Positions 27,310 to 41,658 are shown, counted from the first letter of the stretch. The stretch: 64,000 bases of DNA from Octopus vulgaris (GCA_951406725.2 OX597824.1:85436001-85500000), one strand, 5' to 3'. The notes: a model not told the origin generated them from the sequence alone. Made by a program: numbers and translations.

Positions 27310-27644
27310 CACACACACATACACGCACTGATACTCACACACACACCAACGATTTTATTAAATACGGCAATCAGGAGAGAAAGATGAGAGAGGGGGAGGG
27401 AGAGTTATAAATAAAAAGAGAGTGAGAGAGAGAGGAAGAAATAACGAGAAGAGATGAAGAGAAAGACAGAAAGTATTGTAATTCAATGCAGAAGCCCATA
27501 AGGAAATCTCTATGCTAGAAATGAAAACTCCTGCCAGAGGAGACAATTTCGTCCTCATTGAAATTTGAAATCTCACAAAATCGCCAAAGATCCACATAAA
27601 AAAAATTCACTTAAATTAAATAATTTAAAAAGAAAACGTTCAAG

Positions 27645-27900
27645 TCTAGTTTTTCTCGAGCGGGGTCGCCCATAGGAGTCCGTATAAGAGTTAATTTTCA
27701 TAAAATGGACAATAAATTGGTTATAATTCTACAATACAAAAACAGTTTAGCAATTTTTTTAATACATTTCCTAATAATATTTAATTATAAAAATAATAGT
27801 TTAAAAAAAAAAAAAGCTTCAAATTGTTATGGGGGTCCAACATAGTAAACTAGGAACCAAAGAGGTCCAAAGGCAAAAGAATATCGTTGATAACCACTTT
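27645..27900. mobile_element. Old hAT/Charlie-like MITE
   Basis: Right end GTTGATAACCACT is complementary to CAGTGGTTCTCAAC; similar partial copies at about 30118-30270 and 52710-52850. Confidence 0.55.
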
Positions 27901-28828
27901 TCTAGTCTTAGGACCACAACTATAACCGAATTTAAATTAATCACTTATGAGTTTGTAAAATTAAAAAATTATTATTTTTCCCGGAATAAACACGCTCCTA
28001 CAGGTCCTTACTGAAAAGGCTCACAAGCCTTATTATAAGTAGTATCTCATCACACTGTATAGGTACGAAAATAAAAAAAAAAAGGACTCTTAGGATAATG
28101 AATTCCTAGACAGAATTGGTCTGAATGAAAGACAAACTGATCATGGCTGGAATGAGTTTAGTAATAAGACTGGTCAATCAGACAAAAATCCTGGCGTTAA
28201 ACATCAACAATGCTCTACAACCTGTTACCACAACAACAGAGAGAGAGAGAGAGAGCGAAAGGAAGAGAGAATGAGAGAGAGAAGGAGGAGAGAGACAGAC
28301 AGGCGGAGAGAGAGAGAGAGACAGAGAGACAGAGAGACAGACAGAGACAGAGACAGACAGATAGACAGACAGAGAAAGACAGTAAATATCCACAGCATAT
28401 TTGCAACAAAACATCCAGAGATGAATTGCCTACAACACATGTTCAACGACAGCACATTTATAGATAAAACGCCTACAACAAATGCACAATATCAACAAAT
28501 AAGCAATGCGCATGCACAAAAGACAAACACGAGGCATGTCGTGAACAAACCAGACACACAGACACGTAGGGTATACTAAAGAGTGTACACTAGCTACGCT
28601 TGTGTTAGTACGGAAATATTAAGACAAGGTGAAAGTGGAGATAAAAGGAGACAGAATGGATGATAAAATGCTAAAGACTGCCATATTGTATGTATGCATG
28701 TATGTATGTACTTATGTATGTATGTAAGTAATGTATATAAATACACATACATATATATATATATATTTATATATGCACACCCACCCACCCATATGTATGT
28801 ATCTATATTATATATAATATATATATTC

Positions 28829-28860
<32 letters not shown>

Positions 28861-29060
28861 TAATATATATATTCATATATATATATATTATATATAATAT
28901 ATATAATATATATATGAATATATATATATATATACATACATGTGTATATATATATTTATATGCACAAATATATATGTACATACAAATGTGTGTGCATACA
29001 TACATATATGTATATATGTGTTTATGTATGCACCCACCTTTAATTGTATGTACATATATA

Positions 29061-29096
<36 letters not shown>

Positions 29097-29184
29097 CGCA
29101 TACATACATACAAATATATGTATATATACATATAGGGAGGTAAATATAGTTTTATATATATATATGTATGAATATATATAAATT

Positions 29185-29223
<39 letters not shown>

Positions 29224-30273
29224 TAAATATATATGTATATCTATCTACCTATATATATATACGTATACGTACATACAGACAGACATATATTATACACATT
29301 AGTAAATATATGTATATACACACACACACACATACTCATACACGCACACACATATGCTGCATACCATGTGTATGTGCGCGCGCGCGCGTTTGTGTGCATA
29401 TGTATGTAGAAGATATACTCACTGTACGTTGCATATTTGCCAATTCTTTTAACTAATACTCAGGTCGTCACATACCTAATAATAATTGACAACCGAGATA
29501 AAGAAGTTTGTCAACAACTGGCTTAAGCGTCGCATTACAAACATATTAATAAAATCAACTGACTTCGTTTACTTGTATTAGTTTTTTTTCTGTATTTGTT
29601 TTTCCACATGTTAGGTTGTCATGAAAGGAAGGAGAAGCAGTGGCCATAAGGTTTTCGGGTTCTCCAAGCTTGGCGAGATTGATGTAACTGTTATACAGTT
29701 TGAAGAAGAAACTATTAGGTCAATCAATGCTTGTATGAGACGTGTGAACGGTGATGGAAGTCTGACAGTTTTTACTGAGGGGGACAAGAATTGAATGAGA
29801 TTTTCTCTTCTTTTTTGTTCTTTGGTGCGTGTTCTGGAATCTAGGGCACGATTTGAGTGACGAGGACAGAAGGGTTATGCAATAAGCAAGTTCGCTAAGG
29901 CATAACCGTTGCAATTGCAGTACGACAGACAGAAAAGGAACGGCATGCTTGTGAGCTGCTAAATGTTGGCAGCTTTATTAGCGAATGTGTGTCAGTCAGT
30001 CACTCAGGCATATTGTCTTGTTCAGGGTATGACATTGGATATTTGTGTAAGTAGTAGTACTACTTACTCAAAATTACGAGTGTGCTCTATTTTGGATCAT
30101 AATTGAAAGTTGTAGAGTTGTGGTTGTTGACTGCGGTTCATATTACCCTTGGGTGTCCATATACAATTTTACTATCAAAAATTATATGCAATAAGTTGAT
30201 TATGCTTCTACAAAGCACAAAATATTCTAACAATCCTTTTTATATTATCCCTAATTATGATTAATTTTAATAA

Positions 30274-32070
30274 CACTGGTCAACAAAATTAAATATATTA
30301 TACTCATTATGAATGCAAATCAGCTTTTTGAGACTAATTTTTTATGCTGATTTCAAACTTTCATTCCATTTGTATGCAGCAAGTATCAGTTTTTCAGTAG
30401 ATACATGCAAATATTTACATATTTGTATATATGAAATCATTAACGTAATAAATAAGCACATGTTACTTTTAGAAAGAAAATTAGTTTATTGAGTTCTACA
30501 AAGAGTGAATACACAAAAAAATAGGTCAGACAAAACATCAAAGTTAGAACAGAGTTAGAAACATTGTGATTTGGATTTCCTGTGGTGTTCCTGATCTGTT
30601 TGATCACGGTAAAGTGTCCAGCAGTAGTTAGCCAGCATGGTGTCATTCCAGAAGCCTTGGTACCGTTTCTCTATAGCACTAATGTCCGGGTGAAATCTTT
30701 CACCATGTTCGTCAGACACTGCTCCAAGGTTATCTGCATAGAAATCCAGATGAGAGTCCAAGAAGTGAACCCATTGTTGAGTAACATTTCAGAAGATTCT
30801 TGATGCTTTGTAGTCTATTGACTTCTTGTTGCCCAAGAAATTCTCACAGATCCAATTGAAAGTAGTCCAGGCAGGCAATTCCAGTTCATCCAGTGTTGTC
30901 TTGAAGTTGACATCTTTGAGTACTTCTCTAATTTGGGGTCCGACAAAGATACTTTCTTTCAACTTCGCCTGTGTGAATTTGGGAAACTTTTCTACAATAT
31001 ATTCAAAACCTCTTACATTTCTCTTTATAAACCGTTTCATCAGTCCAAACCGTTTCATCAGTGCAAAGGAGGCAATAGGACATTACAGGATCTACAAGAG
31101 GTGCATTTTTGACGCTAGACAGTTCTAGCTGGTATGATGTTCTTGTCTGCCAGTTTGATTCCGAATATTGTCTGTCAGTTGCCCGGCACAGACACAAAAA
31201 ACAACAGTAATTTGTGAAACCTGACCGCATTACCATTAACATTCCAATTACTTTTAAATCTCCACATATTTTCCATGAGTATCTTTCAAAGGCAATGGTA
31301 TGAAGTAAAAGTTCCATATTCTCATATGGTTCATGAACGGAGTGTACAATAGGAATGTGGGGCTTCAAATTACCATTATGGAGAAGTACAGTTTTTAAAC
31401 TTCGTTTTAAAGAGTCAATAAACAAATGTCACTCTGCAGGATAAACATTTAGTGATAAACATTCGAAAAGTCCATCGATGTTACTGCAAAAGTAAAGCGG
31501 GCCTTCAACAGAAAAACACGTTTGTAGAACCATATTTCTCTGCTATAAATAAGTTATACGAACATTGTGCTCTAGCAGATACTTCACCTTCAGTCTTGAT
31601 GCCAACAGTTCTGCTTTATGTTTTGAGAGGGATAGGTCTGTGATGTTTCAGTACCATCATCTGGTGGAACTGGAATTGTCAGGCTTTCATTGTGAGTCAC
31701 AGGTCTCATTGCAGAATCCAAATTGGGATACACAATTTTGTGTTTATTCTTCATAGAAAATCCTGTGACATTTACTTTGCAAAAATAAGTCATTAAAATT
31801 GTCTTTCGGTTCCCTCCATATTGGAATGGCAAAAGGTATGGACTTCTTATTGAACCAGTCACGTAAGCCATTTGAGCAAGCTGAGCAGATAAAATGTGGT
31901 GCCCATAACTTGTCCTGATCTCCAAGAGGACAGTCAAAAAGTATAGCTTAGAAATTCTTTTGATCTCTGCTGTTATTGTACGTTTTTGAGCTTTTACAAT
32001 AAATTGTCCACAGACATAACAAAACACACCAGGACGATTTCTACACTGTCTTGATATTTTTAACACCGTA
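30274..32070 (-). mobile_element. CMC/Chapaev3-like DNA transposon with a disrupted transposase
   Basis: CRNRPGVFCYVCG, YFCKVNVTG, FIDSLKRSLKTVLLHNGN, ICGDLKV, YCCFLC, LGAVSDEHGERFHPDI and RYQGFWNDTMLANYCW motifs; terminus TAA|CACTGGTCAACA at 30274; the other terminus was not found. Confidence 0.75.
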
Positions 32071-32307
32071 AAACTAGTAAGGAAATAGATACAAACGGTT
32101 ATACTTATACTGAATTTGTGATGATGAAATATTTCATCAGACCAATTATGACTGGACAGTTTGAAGTGTTGAAATATCTATTTTATCAGACAAAGCTCTA
32201 CGTGATGTCAAAATGCCAGTACTCTCTCTTTCCCTCTCTCTTCCTTCCGCTTTCTGTCTTTCTCCTACTCTCCTTGTATCTCTCTCTCTCTCCTACTCTC
32301 CTTGTAT

Positions 32308-32338
<31 letters not shown>

Positions 32339-33489
32339 TCTTGCGCTCACTTTCTATTCTGTATATGTTGCCGTTGTTTCGTACACCCAGACCAGCTTTC
32401 GTCGCTCAGAACTATAATCAAAGAAGTTCCAACAGTAACCATAGTGTCTTATTCTTTTAGACAATGTATCTCCAGGGTTACATCATTCAATATGCATTTT
32501 GCAATTCTGTAAACAACTGGATGCCAATTTCATAGTGGGAGACAATTATTTTAGTAATTGCAAGATAATTATTTTAGGCATCATCATTATTTTACGGTAA
32601 CGAGTTGTTGGAAATACAATGCTATGTCAAGAATATAGCTGTTGCGAAATGGAATTCTCTGAAAACAGAAGTATTGCACAAACTTTTCAGTTATTCAGTG
32701 AACATCTTACTCCCTGCCTCCGCAAAAAAAAGCGATGCCTGTAAGCTAAAAGAAACGAATGGTATCACTAGCCGTGATAAATATGTGTCTTGTGGTGCTA
32801 TGAAGTTCGCAAAACTTCCATATGAAAAGGGAAACGGATGAAAGTACTTAGCAAGCAATATCTTAGTGTCTAAAGGAAATCCTTTAAACCTTATCTGAAG
32901 GAACCCCTATGTGGTCGTTCGAGCTGCTAGAAATGGCAAATTAATCCCCTTCAAATCCCTCCCGAACCTCTTTCAAAGAAAAACAAAGAAAATACATTAG
33001 ATAATGAAGTCTTAGATGCTCTCAAAATACAGGCAAGTTATGGTAAGGATTCCCATTATTACAAACCTACTGAAAGTTAAAAGAACAGCGGTGATAAAAA
33101 AAGAGGAAAATATATTTAAAACTATATATGTAAGGATTTCTGCAGAAATCAGAGCCGCATGTAAAAATCAAAATTATAAATTTAGTTTAACTAGAATCAT
33201 TTGAAGATATTTTAACGAATATTTTAATTTTTCAGTATATTGAAGAATTAACCGAGCATTAATAGAGTTTGGTGATTCTGTTTAGCAAAATAACAGCAAG
33301 TTATAGAAAGAATTATTGAAAAGATCCTACAATAATTTTTTCCCTGCTTTGCAGACGTGAATGTAATGGAAGGTCGTATTTAACAAAGAAAATCCAAATA
33401 AGTTATTAATGGTGGAAGCATTTGGCATTTAAATGGTAATGTCAAAGTGTAAATGAATCAGACTGCATCGGAGAAAGAAATTCGAAACG

Positions 33490-33552
33490 AATAATGTTCC
33501 ATTGAAATGAATAATGTTCCATTGAGATGAATAATGTTCCATTGAAATGAAT
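33490..33552. repeat. 20-bp minisatellite x3 (GAATAATGTTCCATTGARAT)
   Basis: Direct reading. Confidence 0.9.
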
Positions 33553-34299
33553 TGTGCGGAAAATATGAAATATGAATTGTAAATATACGAAACTAAACAA
33601 GCATGCACGATATAAAAATAACTTGTACTGAAAATAGTAATTGATAATTCTTTAAATCATAAAGCAATGAACAGCTTAACTGAAGCATGGATAATTATGT
33701 ACCCGGAGTTGTACCCGAATCTTCTTTGTTCTTTTACATTTTTCTTGTTTCAGTACTGGACTGCGGTCATACTGGGGTACTGCCTTGATGGGGTTTTTTA
33801 TGGTGACACAGTCCAATTAGGAATCTACGAAATGTCAAGATCCTCAGATGGAAATTCAAAATTTTCGTTTTAGTTTACAAAGTATTTTGTAAAGATTAGT
33901 AGCAGAAATATTATTTGAAATACTTTGATCTGTTTCTTGTTCCAGTTTTTTTTTCTTTTACAACAATCATAATGTGGTTATGCTGGGTCAAGTCCTTCAA
34001 GGGATTCAGACGAACAAATCGACATCAGAATATGTTTTTTTAAAGTTTAGTACTTATTTTATCGACTGCTTTTGCCACCGGTTATCAAGCATTGGGAATG
34101 GGATGGGATACACACACACACACACACATGGCTGGCTTCCATGCGGTTTCCGTTTACCAAATCCATTCACAAGGCGTTGATTGGTCCAGGCCTATAGTAC
34201 CGTACAATAGGACAGAACCTAAAACCACGTGGTTGGAAATCGAGCTTCTTGACAACTCAGCCACGTGTTTAATAAATATATTTTTAGCATTACTGTGTA

Positions 34300-34510
34300 T
34301 TTAGCATTCAGATAACTCAGTCAAATGTAAAGCTTATTAATTCACATTTCTTTGAATATATCATGTATTAATCATGCAGCTTGGAAATCTGAATGATGTG
34401 ATATTTCATTTTTTAGAACGACATTGTAGGGTAGATGTGAGAGGCCAGACCTAGCCAGTTTGAATGTAAAACAGGTAGAATATTTGGGGCAGATATAGTT
34501 AAAAGGTTAA
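34300..34510. mobile_element. Possible piggyBac-like MITE remnant
   Basis: Right end AAAGG|TTAA; left end TTTAGCATTCAGAT is degraded. Confidence 0.4.
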
Positions 34511-34624
34511 GACCCGCGCATAAACCAGAGGTTTATACACGGGTTTTAAGCGGTTTTGGCAGTTCGTGATGAAAATCAACTCAACCAGTTTCGTCGTGCT
34601 TACGACACTTGAGGTTTCGCTTAC

Positions 34625-34636
34625 CTCACTATATAA
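34625..34636 (-). other. Candidate 12-nt microexon TTATATAGTGAG
   Basis: Acceptor ttgttttctcttttgcttttAG and donor GAG|GTAAGC. Confidence 0.3.
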
Positions 34637-35092
34637 CTAAAAGCAAAAGAGAAAACAATTTCAGATGGAAAATATATTAGAAGTGACAGGACATGAAATA
34701 AAAACAGGAGGTATTTATTTTCCCCGTAGGAGTAAAATACGAAGAGATACATACAAAGGCACGCCCTTCTCCCATACATACACAGGTAACGCGATTACAT
34801 AGCATGTGCAAAATAAAAAAATAAACTGAAGCAGTTTTTTTATTGACCTGGTAGATGTCCTAAGATAAAGAAACTTATGTCTAAGAAAAGTAGGTTTTTG
34901 AATTTACACACACACTCACACACACACACATGCACACACACGCGCGCACAAAGACGCACGCGCGCACGCACACAATTCAATACAATTCGCGTACAGACAT
35001 CCATGATTCCAGTTGAGATATAAAAAGTGATGGAATGGAAGGAAATCATTGAAGGAAGAGAAGGGGAAGGAAGAGCATGAGGCGGAGGAGGA

Positions 35093-35348
35093 GAAGAAGA
35101 AGAAGAAGAAGAAGAAGAAGAAGAAGAAGAAGAAGAAGAAGAAGAAGAAGAAGAAGAAGAAGAAGAAGAAGAAGAAGAAAAAGAAAAGAAGAAGAAGAAG
35201 AAGAAGAAGAAGAAGAAGAAAAGAAGAAGAAAAGAAGAAGCAGAAGAAGAAGAAGAAGAAGAAGAAGAAGAAGAAGAAGAAGAAGAAGAAGAAGAAGAAG
35301 AAGAAGAAGAAGAAGAAGAAGAAGAAGAAGAAGAAGAAGAAGAAGAAG
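35093..35348. repeat. (GAA)n trinucleotide tract of about 250 bp
   Basis: Direct reading; source of the poly-K/R/F pseudo-ORFs. Confidence 0.98.
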
Positions 35349-36263
35349 CGGCTTCTTCTATTAAGATTTCTAAATCGTTTGTAAAAGCACCAAATAAACA
35401 GATGGAATGTAGTGATAAGGCATGACCTCACGGGAAACATAAGGAGAAACTGAGAAAGTACAAAGAGCTTGTTTTTTCAGTTACATAAAAATATGGAACG
35501 AATACGTTGTGAACACTATGTAGTCTAACAAAACCAAAGCTTGAAATTTCGAACACAAAACTGACTAGACAGAACGTATCACCATCATTTGTAAAAGTAC
35601 ACTGAAGTTTTGATTTGTACCCAGAATCGCAAACTGATTACGGAGGAACAAGCTGGAAGTCTTATTAAGTACACCTGTCTATTCTAGATTATAAGAAGAC
35701 AGCAAGTTGGCAAAATCGTTAGCGTATCAGACAAACTGTTAGGCAGAACTTATTTCATCTCTACGCTTTGGGTTCAAATTTCACCTAGATTGACTTTGCT
35801 TTTTATGCATTAGATTTCGATAAAATAAGTGCCAGTTAAGCACTGGATTCGGTGCAAATGACTTTCCCCTCCTCTCAAAATTGCTAGCGTTGTTCCAAAA
35901 TGAGAAAGAATTATTGTGGATTATAGATTCACATAGTATACTCAGCCATATCAGTTGAATTCAAAATGAAACTGGCTGAGTTAACGCAGTTGTTGGTGCT
36001 GAGGCTGTCAAACATTTCTGTAACACCATTCACTCAAATGCATACAAGTTCAATCTTAATCCAGTCACAGACTAATGCTGTCATAACATCGCACGAAAAG
36101 CAGTACTTTCACCCTGCACAAACTTACTCGACGCTTGTTGTCAAGATCTACGCAACGTACGAGAGCTTCCTGCATTCAGTCAACAGAAATACAATTTTGT
36201 CAAAGATGTCTCTGCAAACAGATTTTATATGATTATGTATAGAGGAATATATTAATCAATGAA

Positions 36264-36562
36264 ATTCCAACTTAGTCTGATTTTCACGTTTTATTATTCC
36301 CAATTTTTTTTCAATTTTGACAATTTTACAGTATTGAAATAAATTAGTACTTTCATGCTTTACGCAATCGTCAGGTTTATGTAGTGACAGACATGTTCCA
36401 GTCAACTGTGGAACGCGACTGTCACTATATAAACCTGGTGATTGCGTAACGCATTAACGTACGGGTTATTTCAATAACTTATAAAAATTGTAAAAATTGT
36501 AAACTTATAAAAATTGTAAAAATTGAAAATAATGAAACGTGAAAATCAGACTAAGTTGGAAT
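36264..36562. mobile_element. About 300-bp fold-back element with a central inverted hammerhead-like pair
   Basis: Outer inverted repeat ATTCCAACTTAGTCTGATTTTCACGTTT / AAACGTGAAAATCAGACTAAGTTGGAAT; inner hairpin 36332-36476; minus strand reads CTGACGA-TTGCGTAAAGCAT-GAAA-GTAC-TA. Confidence 0.8.
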
Positions 36563-36566
36563 ATCA

Positions 36567-36652
<86 letters not shown>

Positions 36653-36710
36653 ATCTATCTATCTATCTATCTAAATATACATATATATATATACACATAT
36701 ATATACATAA

Positions 36711-36743
<33 letters not shown>

Positions 36744-36751
36744 GTGTGTGT

Positions 36752-36818
<67 letters not shown>

Positions 36819-37565
36819 TATTTGTCCACCACTACTGCACAACAAACGGTGCTGATTTGCTTACGTCTCCGTAACTTAGCGGTTCAGCTAAAAGAACCGA
36901 TATGACAAGTACTAGACTTTAAGAAAATTAGTGTTAGGGTCGATTTGTTCAGCTAAAGCCTTCAAGGAAGTGCTCCAGCATGGCCCCAATGACTGAAGCA
37001 AGCACATTATATATATATACATAGAGAGAGAGAGTGTGTGTGAGAGAGAGAAAGTGTGTGCGTGTATGTGAGAGAGAGAGAATGAGAGACAGAGGCGGGG
37101 AGAGACAGAGATGGGATTATTTATTCGTATTTTGTTACGATATTAAGTTATTCGATACTTCACAAATGATCAAGAGTATTGGCTTTCGTAGTAGCTTAGG
37201 TATATATTTAATGCTTTGACGTAAAACAGCAGAAGGAAGGAATTAAGGCATGAGACAAGAACAGCAATCATGTCAACGAAAGTAACAACAAACAAAAAAC
37301 ATCTACAGCAACGACACAATAATGATGTCACCAACTTCCAAAATATCAATGACCGAAATAAGAAACACAAGTCGAGAAAGCTGGAGAACAAATCTGTCAA
37401 CAAATAGTTTATAACAATCCTTAAGAAATGTAAATGAAACAGTTATACAGACACATGGACACAAGTAAAATATTCCCACAAATTTATACACGCATCAATT
37501 ATATATACACGCATCAATTATATATACACGCATACAAACATACACACACAATTAAATAAATAAAT

Positions 37566-37656
<91 letters not shown>

Positions 37657-37795
37657 CATAGACAGATAAAATAACACATTCACGAAGAGATACATAAACA
37701 TGCCCCCCTCCATACATACACAGGTAACGTATATAATTTGATAGATGCAAGGAAACGTAGGTATATAAATTCGTGTGAACGTATTGATATTTATG

Positions 37796-37848
<53 letters not shown>

Positions 37849-37884
37849 GCAAGATTTTTTATGTGAAATCGTGTGTTGAAACAG

Positions 37885-38051
37885 ATATTGTTGTATTTCG
37901 GAATTGTCATTTTGACGAAAGAACTCTGTCCAAAATAAGATTAGGTTTAATGTAAAAAAAAAAATAACACTGAAGCAAAGTGACACCAAATATATAGTGC
38001 GTGTGTTTTTATTGGCTAAACTGGCAAAATGACCATTCCGAAATACAACAA

Positions 38052-38054
<3 letters not shown>
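37885..38054. mobile_element. MITE-like element with 30-bp TIRs
   Basis: ATATTGTTGTATTTCGGAATTGTCATTTTG / CAAAATGACCATTCCGAAATACAACAATAT (1 mismatch). Confidence 0.8.
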
Positions 38055-38085
<31 letters not shown>

Positions 38086-38374
38086 AACATAGTCATCAAT
38101 ACAAAAAGTAGGTTTACAGTTATTCAACTATCTCTTTCGCATTCATATTTTAACAGTTTAGATCTTAATTATAAAAAAAAAAATATAAAAATCATTATTC
38201 TATGCTAATTTAGTTAATTTTGTCAAGCTCTCTTTTCAGTTTGTAAAGATAGAAATTTAAATGTAATAAGACGTTTTAAAAGAAATTTAAAATGCCTACG
38301 TGATAACTGTAAACCTACTTTTGGGCCACTCTGTATTTGCCTGTGTGCGTATGTATGCATGAATTATATATATA

Positions 38375-38429
<55 letters not shown>

Positions 38430-38504
38430 GATAGATAGATAGATATATGCGTGTATCTGCATGCATGTATGTGAGTATGTATGTATGTTTGTATTATATA
38501 TATA

Positions 38505-38594
<90 letters not shown>

Positions 38595-38641
38595 TTGTGT
38601 GTATGTTTGCGTGTATCTGCCTGTATGTATGTATGTGTGTG

Positions 38642-38701
<60 letters not shown>

Positions 38702-38928
38702 TGTATGTATGTATGTGTGTGTGTATGTATATGCTTAAACTGTTTGACGTGGCTTACAGATTTTATATATTAAGGAAAAAGAGATATGATTTGGATAAGA
38801 TCAATTTTAGTGCTTTTAGGAATTCTTCATTAAGAATCCCTAAAAGGGACGAAAGCACTAAATAGATTGTTTTTAATCTAAATCCTGGGTGTCTCCTTTT
38901 TCTTTATATATATATATATATACATATA

Positions 38929-38971
<43 letters not shown>

Positions 38972-40089
38972 ATTCGTGTATGTATATATATGCTTACGGC
39001 AGGTAACTTGTTTTGTAAAAGAATAAGTCTTGATACTCACGAGTAAGTTTGGTGAAAAGTACTAATGCTGTTCGAATTTTACTTCTAATTGATTAAACAA
39101 TTACAAGAAATACGGTTTCGTTGAGACCATCAAGTTCAGACACTAACCACAATGATGTGATGTCGCTAGTTCAATGGTTTGACGAATGTGGCGCTAACTG
39201 TAGAGAAGCAAACTCTACTGGCTGCTTAAAAAGAGGCGCGCGTGGGCAAAAAAATTGAAAAAAGATACGACATATTGAAAAGGAAGCTCGTGTCTTAAAA
39301 GCCGAACTATTAACCAATCAATAACAGTATACAGAATCCAACGTTAATGTGTATTGTTAGCCTATTACAATACACATTGTTGTACGTTATAATAGTACAC
39401 AGGTTGGTGCTGTTGTTATTATCGTTGTTCTTGGTGTTTAGCCCCAGGTCAGAACTTGATCGAAGAGACTAACGTTTAAGATCAAAAGTCGGTTTGATCA
39501 AGACAGACCTGGCGCTAAATAACAACAACAATGAAAATTTGCAACAATATGTGTATTGTTACAGCCTTTAATAATAGTGCTGAAAATAGTGTAGGCAGCA
39601 AAGAGCTGGTCTTAAACTCTTTGTATGTTGTATCCAATTTATTATTTCCGATTTGTTCTCACATCAATCATATATATAGATCAACTTGTTATTTTTACAT
39701 TACATCACATCTCTAATAGTGAATCAATAAAATAAGAGCCAGTAGTATGTCAGAATTATGACAGCTAACCCTTTTTGGCCATTCAAAAACGATACAACAC
39801 TTTTGAATGGCCAATGTAAAATGTAATGTAAGATAACACATATATACACACAAACTCAGACACAGGGCGAAACAAGAAGATGGGAGATGACAATGATATA
39901 ACTGTACCAGCGAGGCTCGAACGCGCATGTGCTGTAAACCGTTACGTTGCACTAATTACTTTACCAAAGCAACATCACGAATTTCGATCGGATTTAAAGT
40001 GTGTATATTTGTGTACGTGTGTTATAAGTAAATCAGACAGAGAGAGTGAGAGGGAGGGAGCGAGATTGTCATTGGGTGACGTCGTTCGT

Positions 40090-40145
40090 CTAAACTAATC
40101 CAGTGAGCATAATGAAACTAGTATTTATAGGGCTGCTGATTGAAA
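40090..40145 (-). promoter_or_regulatory. Candidate Pol II core promoter
   Basis: Minus strand CAATCAG..CTATAAATA (40129-40122), with Inr-like TTAGTT 33 bp downstream and a CRE-like TGACGTC nearby; unique, non-repeat context. Confidence 0.25.
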
Positions 40146-40745
40146 AAGGAGTTGTAGATAAGAATAATCTCCTTTGCTTTTGTTAGAATTTCCTCCGAAA
40201 TTCGAAATTTCAATAAAAATTATGGAACAATGTTAACTAATAACTTAAAATTCGCTATTAGAGAGCTCTAATGATGTCAACAGTATGAATGTGAAATCTT
40301 CTGGTAACGAGTAAAGTGGGCTGTTGTCATATATGCAGCATCTCAAGGGATAAAGACGGTAGTTATGCACCTTAGGTGAATAAGAAGGGGACTTTCGAGA
40401 ATGATCTGTAAGAACTGCACGCGTCTCACAGCTATTGTGTGCATGGGACCTTTCAATCGGTATATAAACACCTTCAGATAGAGGAAGAAAGAGAACTTTA
40501 CTTCTCTTCCCGATCTATCTAGCGGCTTTGGAGCATAGAAAATGATTTATCCAGTATATATTCTCCAGCATTATGTTTGCCAATTTTAAGCGATTGGTTA
40601 TTAATTATTCCATATTTTTTCTTTGTTTTTTCTTTTACTTGTATCAGTCATTAGACTGCGGCCATGCTGGGGCACCACCTTTAAGAATTTTTAGTCGAAT
40701 GAATCGACCCCAGTACTTATATTTGTTTAACTTGTATTTATTCTT

Positions 40746-40956
40746 AGAGCGAGTTATAAACAGTAGCTGCAACATATCGTGACGTATATTTACCATTTAA
40801 ATATGGCTAACACCTAAGGGTGGATGCTACTGGCTCTAGACACACTTTCTGTGCCCTATCAAAGCCAGCTAGAGGAGGTTTCCTCCTGGGGCTACAAACT
40901 ACAGTAGCATCCACCCTTAGGGGTTAGCCATATTTAAATGGCAAATATACGTCACG
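40746..40956. mobile_element. Fold-back insertion inside a SINE B tail, with a 14-bp TSD
   Basis: Inverted repeat of about 54 bp, CGTGACGTATATTTRCCATTTAAATATGGCTAAC.CCTAAGGGTGGATGCTACTG; TSD TTGTATTTATTCTT at 40732-45 and 40957-70. Confidence 0.85.
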
Positions 40957-41582
40957 TTGTATTTATTCTTTTTGCCGAAACCCTAGACAAGACAAGAGGA
41001 TTATTTTTATCTATGGCATCACAGCAGTCACTTCATTCAGCAGCTGCCCAGTAGTCACACAACATGTAGTCGTAGAACACTTAGAAATTGACGAACAACT
41101 GGTTTCATCATATGATCAGAATTGACAAATGGAAGCGGACATTACAGATCGTCCAAATAACAATCCCTTTATTTAGAAACCGTGGCTACCTCACCACCAA
41201 GCATCAATTAAACCGGACAATCAAACCGAGTAATGCCCTTTTTTGCACCTGTTAAACTATAAGTTAAACCCATCTAGTTAGCAAAATCTTAATACAAATA
41301 TTTAATCTCTATGTCATGTAATGTATTTACTTTCCTTTCGTACATGTGTGTTTACACGTGTGTGTGTGTGTGTGTGTGTGTGCGTTTGTGTGTGCGTTTG
41401 TGTGTGTCAAAATATGTGAGTGTAAACAGGAAAGAAAAATAGGATATGATATCGGGGAGGAGCATTATATTTCTATATTGAAACCAACACTTCTCATTCC
41501 GTAACTCAGACTTTCGCGTCTCGTCTCCTATGTGAGGACCGAAGACGTGAAATTTTCAGTTACGAAATATGAAGCGTCAGTT

Positions 41583-41658
<76 letters not shown>

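Noticed and set aside
34916-35440. Poly-K, poly-R and poly-F ORFs
   Set aside because: (GAA)n microsatellite
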